Shown here in pieces: positions 1 through 9,486 of a stretch of 64,000 bases of DNA (within the stretch, counting starts at the first letter, position 1; every line of letters starts with the position of its first letter). Under the pieces are notes generated by a model that made no database searches, was not told the origin of the DNA, and worked only from the letters and a program-made list of their open reading frames with translations. Source of the stretch: Longimicrobiales bacterium. Its GTDB lineage: Bacteria; Gemmatimonadota; Gemmatimonadetes; Longimicrobiales; Gaopeijiaceae. The DNA is taken from contig OZ250165.1 in NCBI GenBank assembly GCA_965238005.1, positions 4,256,001-4,320,000 of the forward strand. The letters are read 5' to 3'. A program made the position numbers and the translations under genes.

Positions 1-1622
1 CATGCAGTGGCCACCAAGGCGGCCGTGGACAGGGAAAGGACCCATCCGCGGTGAGACAGCGCCCAGCCCAGGATGGGCCGGTACGCCCAGACGGCCGACC
101 GGTTGACCGGATTGCGGTGCTCTGGCCGTATGTGGCCGCGGATCAAGAATCCCATGAAGACCGGGACGGCCGTGATGGAGAGAAGCGCCGCGGCCGCCAT
201 CGAAAAGGTCTTGGTTAGAGCGAGCGGTCTGAAGAGACGACCCTCCTCCGCCTGCAAGGCGAAGATGGGGACGAACGACAGCGTGATGATCAACAACGAG
301 ACGAAGAGGGCGGGGCCGACCTCACGAGTGGACTGAACGACGACCTCCCAGCGCGGTCGCTCCGGGTGCCGCTCCACGTGCTTATGCATGTTCTCGATCA
401 TGACGATGGCCGCGTCGATCATGGCTCCGATCGCGATGGCAATGCCGCCCAACGACATGATGTTGGCGTTCACGCCCACGGCTCGCGTCCCGGCCAGGGC
501 CAGCACGATCCCGAGCGGGAGAATGGCGATGGCCACCGCGGCGCTGCGCGCGTGTAACAGGAAGATCAGGCAGACGAGCGCCACCACGATCGACTCCTCG
601 ATCAGCGTTCGGGTCAGGGTGGCGGTGGCCCGGCGGATCAGGGAGGAGCGATCGTAGGTCGCGACGATGCTCACTCCGGGTGGCAGCCCCGTCTCGATCT
701 CTTCGATCTTTTCCTTAACGGCGTCGATGACTTGCAGGGCGTTCTCCCCATAGCGCATCACGACCACCCCTCCCACGGCCTCTCCCTGGCCGTTCCACTC
801 CGTGAAGCCGAGCCGCATATCGGGACCGATGGAAACGCGGGCAACGTCTGCGACCCTGACGGGAGTTCCTCTTCGGCCAGCTCCGACGGCCAGATCCGCG
901 ATGTCGCCCACCCCGCGTAGGTACCCGAGTCCACGGACCATGTAGTCGCCTCCGGCCACCTCGACCGTGCGTGCTCCCACATCGGTGTTGGAGGATCGGA
1001 TGGCCCGCACCACCTCATCGGCCGTGACTCCGAAGCCCAGGAGCTTGGCAGGATCCAGGATCACCTGATACTGCCGAACGAACCCGCCCACGCTGGCCAC
1101 CTCGGAGACCCCGGGGACGCTCTGAAGCTCGAATCGGATACGCCAATCCTGTAGAGAACGGAGCTCGTCCAAGCTGTATCCCTCCCCCACCACTGCGTAC
1201 TGGTAAACCCATCCCACTCCGGTAGCGTCCGGACCGAGCTGCGGCCGTACTCCCTCTGGCAAGTCACCCGACGCCGAGTTGAGATACTCGAGCACTCGGC
1301 TTCGGGCCCAGTAGAGGTCGGTCCCCTCGTCGAACAGCACATAAACGAAGGAGAGGCCGAACATGGACTGACCGCGAACGACCTCCGCCTCGGGAACCGC
1401 CAGGAGCGCGGTCACAAGGGGATAGGTGACCTGATCCTCCACCACCTGGGGCGCCTGGCCAGGATACTCCGTAAAGACGATGACCTGCACGTCGGACAGG
1501 TCCGGGATGGCGTCGATCGGTATTGTTCGCACGACCTGGACTCCCGCCGCCAGGATCCCGAATACGCCCAAGAGGACCCACCCACGCCAACGGACGCACG
1601 TCTCGACGATCCAGCCGATCAT
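1..1622 (-). CDS. cusA: CusA/CzcA-family heavy-metal RND efflux permease, N-terminal part (runs off window)
   Basis: ATG at 1622 overlaps the upstream stop (ATGA). Translation MIGWIVETCVRWRGWVLL...IPIDAIPDLSDVQVIVFTEYPGQAPQVVEDQVTYPL is the CusA N-terminal signature. Confidence 0.93.
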   Translation of the reverse strand, partial: MIGWIVETCVRWRGWVLLGVFGILAAGVQVVRTIPIDAIPDLSDVQVIVFTEYPGQAPQVVEDQVTYPLVTALLAVPEAEVVRGQSMFGLSFVYVLFDEGTDLYWARSRVLEYLNSASGDLPEGVRPQLGPDATGVGWVYQYAVVGEGYSLDELRSLQDWRIRFELQSVPGVSEVASVGGFVRQYQVILDPAKLLGFGVTADEVVRAIRSSNTDVGARTVEVAGGDYMVRGLGYLRGVGDIADLAVGAGRRGTPVRVADVARVSIGPDMRLGFTEWNGQGEAVGGVVVMRYGENALQVIDAVKEKIEEIETGLPPGVSIVATYDRSSLIRRATATLTRTLIEESIVVALVCLIFLLHARSAAVAIAILPLGIVLALAGTRAVGVNANIMSLGGIAIAIGAMIDAAIVMIENMHKHVERHPERPRWEVVVQSTREVGPALFVSLLIITLSFVPIFALQAEEGRLFRPLALTKTFSMAAAALLSITAVPVFMGFLIRGHIRPEHRNPVNRSAVWAYRPILGWALSHRGWVLSLSTAALVATA

Positions 1623-2824
1623 CGTGCGCCCTCCCTTCTGTCCGCGCCACTCGTCTCCATTCCATCCATGTCCATGCCGCCCATTTCCATGCCGCCCATG
1701 TCCAATCCCATCCCCATGTCGAGCATGATCCCGGCCAAAGCGGCGGCCAGACTGGACTCCGAGTCGAAGAGGAAGGTCGCGGATGCCACTACGGTGTCTC
1801 CCACCGCGAGTCCGTCCGTGACGAGGAGTGTGGAGTCACCACGCATGCCGACGGTCACCGGAGCTGGAACGATGCCGCCGCCTCTCACCACGAAAGCCAG
1901 GTCTCGATCCCCTGTGGGCAGCACCGCGGTGAGCGGCACGATTGTCCCGCGGGGCGTTCGGGCCCGAATCCGCACGGTCGCGTACATCATGGGCTTGATT
2001 TCGCCGGCCGGGTTGGGCAATTCGATCCGTACCCTCAAAGTGCGAGTGTCTTCTTCGAGCGTTGGATACACCAACGAGACGCGACCCTGGTAGGAGCGCC
2101 CCGGTCGGGCTTCGAGGGTGACCTCGGCCGGCTGGCCGACAGCCACGAGATCCACATCCTGCTCGAAGATCTCGGCCTCGATCCACAGTGTCGAAAGATC
2201 GGCGATCCGGTAGAGATCCTGGCCGGCTTCGATTCGCTCGCCCTCGAGAACGAATTTGTCGAGAATGTGACCCGAGAACGGCGAGAAGATCGTCAGCGTC
2301 TCCCGAACCGCCCCCGTGCGCTCGATCTCGGTGATGAGCGAGTCCGCGATTCCCCAGAGCGCAAGGCGACGGCGAGCTCCGACGACCATCGAGTCAGCGC
2401 CTTGGAGACCTCCCAGTCGAAGGGCCAGAAGCAGCTCCTCCTGGGCGGTGAGCAGATCGGGCGCGTACAGCTCGAAGAGAGGGTCGCCGGTCTGCACGTG
2501 CCGGCCTGTCTCATCGGCGTGGAGCACCTCAATCCAGCCACCCACTCGGGCGTTCACGATGCCGGTTCGCCCCTCGTCGGGCACCACCGTGGCCACCGCC
2601 CGCACCGTTCGGTCCAGTTCGGCCTCCCGAACCACGGCAAAGCTCACTCCGGCCAGAGAAGCTTGGCGTCCCGTGATCCGCATGGGTCTCCCGTCCATCT
2701 GCATGTTCTCCTGGGCGGAGGCGGAGTCCGGGCTCGCGCCTGTTTCAGTCTGGGGAGCTTCGCTCCCGGTACAACCACCCAACAGGAGCACGGTGGTCAG
2801 GGTCGTCGTCGTTGAGCGCATCAT
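1619..2824 (-). CDS. cusB: CusB-type RND periplasmic adaptor subunit (lipoprotein)
   Basis: Lipobox LGGC; motifs GWIEVL..G..V..GDPLFELYAPDLLTAQEE, YPTLEEDTRTLRVR, KPMMYA; Met-rich tail; lies between tolC and cusA. Confidence 0.9.
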   Translation of the reverse strand: MMRSTTTTLTTVLLLGGCTGSEAPQTETGASPDSASAQENMQMDGRPMRITGRQASLAGVSFAVVREAELDRTVRAVATVVPDEGRTGIVNARVGGWIEVLHADETGRHVQTGDPLFELYAPDLLTAQEELLLALRLGGLQGADSMVVGARRRLALWGIADSLITEIERTGAVRETLTIFSPFSGHILDKFVLEGERIEAGQDLYRIADLSTLWIEAEIFEQDVDLVAVGQPAEVTLEARPGRSYQGRVSLVYPTLEEDTRTLRVRIELPNPAGEIKPMMYATVRIRARTPRGTIVPLTAVLPTGDRDLAFVVRGGGIVPAPVTVGMRGDSTLLVTDGLAVGDTVVASATFLFDSESSLAAALAGIMLDMGMGLDMGGMEMGGMDMDGMETSGADRREGAR

Positions 2825-4104
2825 CGGTACCACTCCTCTCCGGTCAGCGCGGCCAGCTCCGCCCGTTGCGTCCCGAAGCGGGACACGACATGAGCGAGAT
2901 CCAACTGGACACGATAGAGTTCGTCCTGGGTTTCGAGTACGTTGGTGAAGTCGACCTCACCCACCCGGTACTGCTGAAGCGCGGAGGCCGTGGCGGCGGT
3001 TGCCAGCGGCACTATCTCGGTGGCGATCTGTTGAGCCCGGAGCTTCGACGCCTCCAGGTCGGCGAGCCGCGTTCGGACTTCGGCGACCAAGAGGACCGAC
3101 AGATCCACATACTCCTCTTCGGCGGCGGTCAGATCCATGACCGCGGCGTGAGCAAGCGGGGTTTGCTTACGACCCGACCAAAGCGGTAAAGGGATGCCGA
3201 CGCGGGCGGTGACGAACGGCTCTCGGCCGCCAAGGCGGATTCCGGTCTGGAGTGAGGTCATGTAGTCCGGCCGTCCGGCGATCTCGAGGACTGTCGCTCG
3301 GCGTGCCGCACGCTCCACCATAGCAGCAGCCACCTGCAGAGATGGATTTCGCAGCGGGGGTCCCAACTGATCGATCACGGGAACATCGAAGGCCCCTGGG
3401 TCCAGGGCCGGGGTACCGGCCACATCGACCAGTAGGAGCCCCTCGGGAGGCTCGCCCTCTCCCCCCAGTAGGGCTCGGGCCGTCTCGCGGGCGCCGGTTA
3501 CCTCCGCCTCCAGGTCGCGGAGCTCCTCCGAGAGCCTTGCGCGGCGGAGCCGGGCCCGCAAAGCGTCGGTCTGAGGGGCCGCCCCGCTCTGGTACCGAGC
3601 GTCCGTTACGACGACTGCCTGGGCGGCCAGTCCGGCCCGGCCCCGCCACAGCTCCACGGCGGTTTGTGCGAAAGCGAGGCGGTAATAGGCTCTTGCCGCC
3701 TCGGCGGCGAGCCGGGCCTCACGGTCGCCAACCCGGCTGGCGGCCAAGGTGCTGTCCGCCTGGGCCACGGAGGTAGCAGCGCTCCGCTTGCCGCGTGCCG
3801 GGAACGTCTGCGCGAAGCCGATCCCGATCTGGGTCATCGCTTCCGCGTCGAAATCGAAGGAGGGGGCCGGGAGCGACGTGACCCCGAGCGAAAGCGTCGG
3901 ATCGGGAAGAGCGCCGGCCGGACCGATACGGTGCCTTGCCGCCCCCAGGGTGGCACGGCGAGCGCTCAAGCTCGGGTTTTCCTCCAGCACCTTTGCGACA
4001 TAGGTCCTGAGACCCGGCGCATCGAGCGTCGAAGTCTGGGCTGTCACTACCGCCGGCCAGAACAACGGGACCGTGGCGGCAGCTAGATACCTGGCATACG
4101 TCAC
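2821..4104 (-). CDS. TolC-family outer-membrane efflux protein
   Basis: Signal peptide, NPSL...AGALPDP motif, repeated helical OEP pattern; SD GGGGAG upstream of GTG. Confidence 0.88.
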   Translation of the reverse strand: MTYARYLAAATVPLFWPAVVTAQTSTLDAPGLRTYVAKVLEENPSLSARRATLGAARHRIGPAGALPDPTLSLGVTSLPAPSFDFDAEAMTQIGIGFAQTFPARGKRSAATSVAQADSTLAASRVGDREARLAAEAARAYYRLAFAQTAVELWRGRAGLAAQAVVVTDARYQSGAAPQTDALRARLRRARLSEELRDLEAEVTGARETARALLGGEGEPPEGLLLVDVAGTPALDPGAFDVPVIDQLGPPLRNPSLQVAAAMVERAARRATVLEIAGRPDYMTSLQTGIRLGGREPFVTARVGIPLPLWSGRKQTPLAHAAVMDLTAAEEEYVDLSVLLVAEVRTRLADLEASKLRAQQIATEIVPLATAATASALQQYRVGEVDFTNVLETQDELYRVQLDLAHVVSRFGTQRAELAALTGEEWYR

Positions 4105-4199
4105 TGTGATGTGACTCCCCCGCGCAGCCCTTGGCCGCGCGCTCGTAGGTTAGGCGCGGGACACTCCCGCGCTATACGCCTCGTCTTCGGAGAGGGGAG

Positions 4200-4565
4200 C
4201 TACGCTCTGGGAGGTCTCTCGAGGAGAGTGGGGTATTCCAGGGGTGGGTCGGACGGTCCGGTGACTGAAGCCACCATGCGCCTTTGAGGTTCGGGTGGGA
4301 TCTGGAAAGAGGAGGCCGCCGGGCCGGCGTGCGGTACCCCGCATCCGTCCATGGAACAGCACTCTATCGACGAAGCGGCCGGCTGTAGAACCGTATTCCC
4401 GGCATCGGCCATCATGCCCATTTCGTGGACGTCCATCCCCATCCGGCCTAGGACCGTACAGATTCCCGGCCCTGAATAGGGTAGGACCATAGCCGCCAGA
4501 ATGAGCAGGGCGAAGGGCCTTGATCGAGAATGCCGTTGCTTCGCGATGGGGTGGATGCCTTCCAT
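4200..4565 (-). CDS. Small DUF2946/CutF/CruR-like leader protein (signal, Met/Cys-rich, Pro-rich C-terminus)
   Basis: Hydrophobic N-terminus, MGMDVHEMGMM, CCSMDGCG, ends LLERPPRA; directly upstream of the tolC-cusBA operon. Confidence 0.6.
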   Translation of the reverse strand: MEGIHPIAKQRHSRSRPFALLILAAMVLPYSGPGICTVLGRMGMDVHEMGMMADAGNTVLQPAASSIECCSMDGCGVPHAGPAASSFQIPPEPQRRMVASVTGPSDPPLEYPTLLERPPRA

Positions 4566-4679
4566 AATGTGCACAACACCGCACGGCGGGTGGGTGTTCC
4601 GGGCTTGCCCTCCGACATCGAGGGCAACCTTTCGTGTCTGAGCGATTGTCTTGGCGGGCAAACTCCACATCTCCAAATC

Positions 4680-5450
4680 CTACGTCTTGATTTTGTAGCC
4701 GCGTTTGAACAACCGAACGTTCACACCGAAAAGAAACGCTCCGAGAATGAAGACGAGGGCCATGCTGAAAGGGACGTTGACATCAGAGACGCCCAGAAGC
4801 CCATACCGCATCCCGTTAATCATGAAAAGCAGGGGGTTCAAGACGGAGACAGTCTTGAGGAGGTCTGGGAGCATGTGGATGGAGTAAAACACCCCACCCA
4901 AGAAGGTGAGAGGAGTGAGCACAAAGCTGGAAAAGGTTTCCACGTGGTCGAACGTCTCCGCCCAGAGTCCCATCATCAACCCAATAGAGGAGAAAACCAG
5001 GGACACGAAGAACATGAAGTACACGAACACGAAAACGTTGGCCATTCCGACGGGAATAAAGAGGAACGAGACTAGCAGGGTAAGGATCCCCACGACGAAT
5101 CCTCTCATTACGCCCCCCAAAGTGAGCGCCAGTACCATTTCGAAATAAGAAAGGGGGGCAGTCAGTAATTCGGTGATATTGTTGAAGAACTTGGATATGA
5201 GTAGGGATAGGGAGGAATTGAAGTAGGAGTTCGTGATCACACTCATCATGATCAAGCCTGGGATCAGGAACTCTATGTACGACAGTCCATTTACCTCCGG
5301 AATCTGCGAACCGATGAACTTGCCGAACACGATGATATAGAGAACTGAGGAGATCACCGGCGCAACAATGGTCTGCGTGGTGGATTTGGTGAACTTCTTG
5401 GTTTCTCGGCCCAGCAGAGTCGCGAATCCCCTATAATTCGCCACGACCAA
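4680..5450 (-). CDS. ABC-2 type transporter permease (YadH-like)
   Basis: QTIVAPVISSVLYIIVFG, YIEFLIPGLIMM, LTPLTFLGGVFYSI, NPLLFMINGMRYG. Confidence 0.9.
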   Translation of the reverse strand: MVVANYRGFATLLGRETKKFTKSTTQTIVAPVISSVLYIIVFGKFIGSQIPEVNGLSYIEFLIPGLIMMSVITNSYFNSSLSLLISKFFNNITELLTAPLSYFEMVLALTLGGVMRGFVVGILTLLVSFLFIPVGMANVFVFVYFMFFVSLVFSSIGLMMGLWAETFDHVETFSSFVLTPLTFLGGVFYSIHMLPDLLKTVSVLNPLLFMINGMRYGLLGVSDVNVPFSMALVFILGAFLFGVNVRLFKRGYKIKT

Positions 5451-6357
5451 TCTCCGTTAAGTCGATAAAGATGTCCTCCAGGTTGGACCTGGTCACTTCC
5501 TCCCTTTTTACCTCGAGTCCCGCTTTCTCGACATCGCGCAGTATTTCTGCCTTGCTGGCGTGCTCCTCACAGACGATTCGGATCTTGTTGTCATCCAGCA
5601 GGAACGCTTTGTATTTCGCGAGCGGTTGAGGGATGGCTTCTATCGGTTTTGTGAGCGTGATATCCAAGCTGGTCTTGTGTAGCTGCTCAAGCAGATTGTC
5701 CTTGTCATCAAGCGCAATGATGTGTCCGTGGTTGATGATGCCGATTCTCTTGGCTAATCGCTCCGCCTCCTCGATGTAGTGGGTCGTGAGCAGGATAGTG
5801 GTGCCTTGCTTGTTCAACTCCTGCATATGACGCCAAAGGCTGCGCCGCAGCTCCACATCGACACCAGCGGTAGGCTCATCAAGAATGAGGAGTTGGGGAT
5901 TGTGTACGAGGGCTCTTGCGATGAGCAGGCGTCTCTTCATCCCACCAGATAACTCTCTGACGTGCACTTCCCGTTTGGAGGCAAGATCAAACTGGTCCAG
6001 TAGCTCATCCACCCGTTTGTTCGCTTCACGGCGCCGTATGCCGAAGTATCAAGCATAAAACCGCAGAATCTCAGCCACAGTGAAGTAGTCGTCAAAATTG
6101 AACTCTTGTGGCACGAGACCAATTAATTGCCTGGCTTCCCGGTACTCCCCGACGACATCCTTCCCGAAGACCTTGACTTCCCCGTCTTCATAGGTGGTAA
6201 GGCCAGCGAGGATATTGATCGTCGTGCTTTTGCCGGCTCCGTTCGGTCCCAGGAACCCAAAAAACTCCCCGCCCTTCACCTCCATGGAGAAGTTGTCCAA
6301 CGCCCGCACGTCTCCGTAGGACTTGGTCAGTTTCCTGATGGATATTGCAGGTTCCAT
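5431..6357 (-). pseudogene. ABC transporter ATP-binding protein (YadG-like) with one in-frame TGA at 6049-6051
   Basis: Walker A GPNGAGKST, signature LSGGMKRR and LDEP are all in one frame; reads FYA*YFGIRRREA where Gly (AGYFG) is expected. Confidence 0.85.
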
Positions 6358-6389
6358 AGGCAAAGTGGCTCATCGTGAGTCACGGTGTC

Positions 6390-8192
6390 CTACCCCGCGC
6401 AGCACGACAGCTTCGCTACATCCTTGTCGAACGCCTGCGCCGCAAGCTTGATTCCCTCGGACAGCGTGAGGTAGGGATGGAACACCGATGTGAGGTTCTC
6501 GATTGTGAGTCCGAACTGGACGGCGAGGGCCAGCTCGGTAATCATCTCGCCCGCCTCGGAAGCCAGGATATGCGCTCCGACGATCTTCCGTGTGTTCGCG
6601 TCGGCCACGAGCTTGACGAAACCACGCGTGTCGCGCGCCGCAAGCGAGCGCGGCACATGCTCCAGCGGTAACTCTGCGGTCACTGGCTCCCTTCCCTGGA
6701 ACCCGATCTCCTCTTCCGTGAACCCGACCGACGCCACCGCTGGATCCGTGAACGTGACCTTGGGCAATGCTGTGAGATCGAACGGCACGGTATCGCCTGT
6801 GAGCGCGTTCTCGGCGGCTATCTTCCCGCCTAACGCCGCGACGTAGACGAACATTGGCTCACCCGTGACGTCACCGGCCGCGTAGATGTCAGGATTCGCG
6901 GTCTGAAGGTATTCGTTCACGGCGATCTCGCCCTTCTCCCCCAGGGTCACACCGACCTCATCGAGTCCGAACCCCTCGGTGTTGGCGCGCCGGCCCGTGG
7001 CCACCAAGAGCTGCTCGGCCATCAAGGTGCTGGCGCCGCCGTCCTCGCTGAAGTGTACCGTGTAACCCTCGTTCCGCTCGACTCGCTCGATCGTCACTCC
7101 CGGGTGGATTTGCATTCCCTCGGCTGCCAGATACTCGGCCAGCGCGTTCCCTATTGCCGCATCCTCGGCAGGGACGATCCGCGGCAACGCCTCGAGTACC
7201 GTGACCTGCACGCCGAGTCGCAAGAACATCTGGGCCAGCTCGAGCCCGACCGCGCTGGCTCCGATCACGATCAGCGAGGACGGCAGCGTTTCCAGAGCCA
7301 TGGCTGAGGTGCTGTCCAGATATCCCGCCTCCGCGAGCCCCGGTATCGGCGCCGCCCAGGGGGATGCCCCGGTGGTGATGACAAGCTTTCCAGCGGTGAC
7401 CTGGCGCCCGTCAGCCAGGGTGATGGATGTGCCGGAGGTCACCGTTGCCCGTTGCTCGAACAGGGTCACCGCCTCGTACGACTGCAACACGTCGCGATAC
7501 TTCGTCTCACGCATTCCGGTGACCAGTGCGTCTTTGTGATCCCGCACAACTGGCCAATCCGGCTGGCCGTCCGTGGCGGCAATGCCCTGGAACGGGTGAT
7601 GGGTGCGGCGGTGGTTCGCTTCGGCCGCGCGGATCAAGGTCTTTGACGGCACGCACCCCACGTTCACACAGGTGCCCCCCAAGGTACCCAGCTCGGCCAT
7701 CGCCACCCGGGCGCCCAGCTCCGCACCCTTGATCGCGGCGCCGAAGCCCGCCGACCCACCGCCGACGATCACGAGATCGAAGTCACCGTCTCCCCGCGAG
7801 ATTGGCGTGATCGCACCGCGATCCGACCCTGCCCGGATGAAATCACCAACCCCCTCCATCGCCTCGGTGCCCTTTAAGCGCTTGATGTAGTAATCAGGGG
7901 CCTTCAGGAACACTTCTCGGCAATACGGACAACCGCAATAGGGGACTTCCTCTCCGGCGTACTCGAACGTGAAGGTCAACTCTGGTGTTTTTTCCGCTAA
8001 GCAGGTCGGGCATACCACCAGATCCTTGATGCGTCGGACGTGTTGCTCGGGGTCAGGGGCGAACTCGTCGGCGCAATCCTGGCAACAGAAATAGTGTTCG
8101 GTGCCGTCGTGACTGTATGTAGCCGCCTTCTCTTTGCTGATTCCCAGTCTGACCAGGGAACAGCCGCAGTAGGAGCAAATGAGCGTTTTCAT
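6390..8192 (-). CDS. merA: Mercuric reductase with N-terminal tandem TRASH/YHS domains
   Basis: GGGSAG FAD site, GGTCVNVGCVPSK redox centre, HPYLT, C-terminal KLSCCAG; N-terminal CSYCG..YFCCQDC..CPTC..YCGCPYC. Confidence 0.93.
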   Translation of the reverse strand: MKTLICSYCGCSLVRLGISKEKAATYSHDGTEHYFCCQDCADEFAPDPEQHVRRIKDLVVCPTCLAEKTPELTFTFEYAGEEVPYCGCPYCREVFLKAPDYYIKRLKGTEAMEGVGDFIRAGSDRGAITPISRGDGDFDLVIVGGGSAGFGAAIKGAELGARVAMAELGTLGGTCVNVGCVPSKTLIRAAEANHRRTHHPFQGIAATDGQPDWPVVRDHKDALVTGMRETKYRDVLQSYEAVTLFEQRATVTSGTSITLADGRQVTAGKLVITTGASPWAAPIPGLAEAGYLDSTSAMALETLPSSLIVIGASAVGLELAQMFLRLGVQVTVLEALPRIVPAEDAAIGNALAEYLAAEGMQIHPGVTIERVERNEGYTVHFSEDGGASTLMAEQLLVATGRRANTEGFGLDEVGVTLGEKGEIAVNEYLQTANPDIYAAGDVTGEPMFVYVAALGGKIAAENALTGDTVPFDLTALPKVTFTDPAVASVGFTEEEIGFQGREPVTAELPLEHVPRSLAARDTRGFVKLVADANTRKIVGAHILASEAGEMITELALAVQFGLTIENLTSVFHPYLTLSEGIKLAAQAFDKDVAKLSCCAG

Positions 8193-8291
8193 GCTTCACC
8201 TCGATTAGATGCGTGGCCAATGCGACCAGGCCGATCAGGACCCTTCGCCCGGAGCTCCTGGCTCCGGCTCGGGCCTGAGCGGGCAGGGCGG

Positions 8292-8633
8292 CTAATCGAA
8301 TTCGTCCAGCCCCGTCACCGGGAGGCTATCGCCAAGCCCCCATGGAAGGAAGAAGCTCAGGCTCAGTGCGTTTCCTGCCGGGAGGTTGCGCCCGGAGATC
8401 GGGACCCTAGCCCCAAGCTCGAGGAACCCTGATCCGATCGGCATGCCCAGGGTCGGAAACACTTCGAGCATGCTCCTGCGAGCGGACGTGAGGGCGCCGG
8501 AGATCCCGTGCGGGACGGTACAGCTCCCCTGAGCGAGGAGGCCCGACGGGGACAAGAGGGCGGGCAGCAGCAAGCAGCCAAGGGCCGCCGTGGTCGCCCT
8601 AGTCGTGACGATGCTCTGCGTCCTCGGCGTCAT
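8292..8633 (-). pseudogene. Probable internally deleted secreted/outer-membrane protein
   Basis: Signal-like LGCLLLPALLSPSGLLAQ joined directly to a barrel C-terminus-like LELGARVPISGRNLPAG. Confidence 0.35.
8599..8624 (+). repeat. 26-bp direct repeat, copy 1 (ctagtcgtgacgatgctctgcgtcct)
   Basis: 25/26 identical to 13552-13577. Confidence 0.8.
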
Positions 8634-9069
8634 GATCGTGATCGGCACCCGGATCCCCTTCGGCCTGATCCCCATCGCCGGACAGGGCCTGACCCTGAAT
8701 GATCTGCTCGACCGTCGCTTCGAAGCCGGTCATCCGCGTCAGCTCACCGAGAAACTCCTCCGGCGAAGTGACGGAGGCGTCGTATACGACCGAGGCCGCA
8801 CCCGATGGGTACGAGACCCTCGCATCCTCGACTCCCTCCACGCGTCGTAGGGCCACACGGGCCGCTGCGGAGCAACCTACTCAGGTCATCCCCGTCACGG
8901 TGAGGTCGGCGGTCACCAGGTTCGGAATGGTGGCGGTCATCTCCTGGGCCGCCATATCCCCCTCACCCTGGCCGGGCATATCCATGTTCCCGTGAGCGTC
9001 GCTCATCAACTGAGACACGACGAGGACGCCCAGGACCGTGAACGCGCCGGCAAGCTCGAGCTTCTTCAT
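8599..9069 (-). CDS. MerP/CopZ-like HMA-domain metal-binding protein with in-frame UGA (candidate selenocysteine) at 8881-8883
   Basis: ORFs 8881..9069 and 8599..8856 are one frame: signal peptide, then LTVTGMT*VGCSAAARVALRRVEGVEDARVSY..A.VVYD (HMA fold), then a His-rich tail. Confidence 0.8.
8847..8880 (-). promoter_or_regulatory. Candidate bacterial SECIS hairpin just 3' of the UGA
   Basis: GUAG...GGCC-CGUGU-GGCC-CUAC; apical loop with GU starts 21 nt after the UGA; the stems are short. Confidence 0.4.
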
Positions 9070-9088
9070 TTCAAGATCTCTCCGTGGG

Positions 9089-9430
9089 TCAGAGTACCCA
9101 GACCGACCACGTCGGATACGTGCCGAATATCACTGCGATCCCAGTCGCCATCCACAGCAGGCTCCTCATCCATTTCCGCGCTTTGGGATCCGCGCACACC
9201 TTGCCGGGCTCACAGGCCATCTGGTCTTCCCGGTAGAGCATGTAGAATCCGGCCCCGAGCATTACGACCGTCGCGATCAGGAAGTAGGGCCTGAGAGGTT
9301 CGAATCTGGCGGAAAGGCCGGCTCCGGATATACCAACGGTTACGGCGAGGAGGGGGCCGGCGCAGCAGAGGGCGGAGGTGAAGGCCGCCCCGACTCCGCC
9401 GACGGCCGTTAAGATCGTCTTGCCTATCAT
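9089..9430 (-). CDS. merT: MerT-family mercuric transporter
   Basis: SALCCAGPLL, FEPLRPYF, CEPGKVC loop, three TM segments. Confidence 0.88.
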   Translation of the reverse strand: MIGKTILTAVGGVGAAFTSALCCAGPLLAVTVGISGAGLSARFEPLRPYFLIATVVMLGAGFYMLYREDQMACEPGKVCADPKARKWMRSLLWMATGIAVIFGTYPTWSVWVL

Positions 9431-9486
9431 CTATCGAGTTCGCTCCTTCGTGTCAGTCAGCCACCGTGCTTGAGAGCATGGGCTAG

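Noticed and set aside
6049..6051. UGA=Gly recoding (genetic code 25) in the ABC ATPase
   Set aside because: Only one such TGA occurs in the cassette, and many neighbouring genes end in TGA. A GGA to TGA point change is simpler. It is not a Cys position, so it is not Sec either.
9431..9482. MerR operator/promoter upstream of merT
   Set aside because: No -35/-10 with 19-bp spacer and dyad was visible in the 52 bp between merT and the IS
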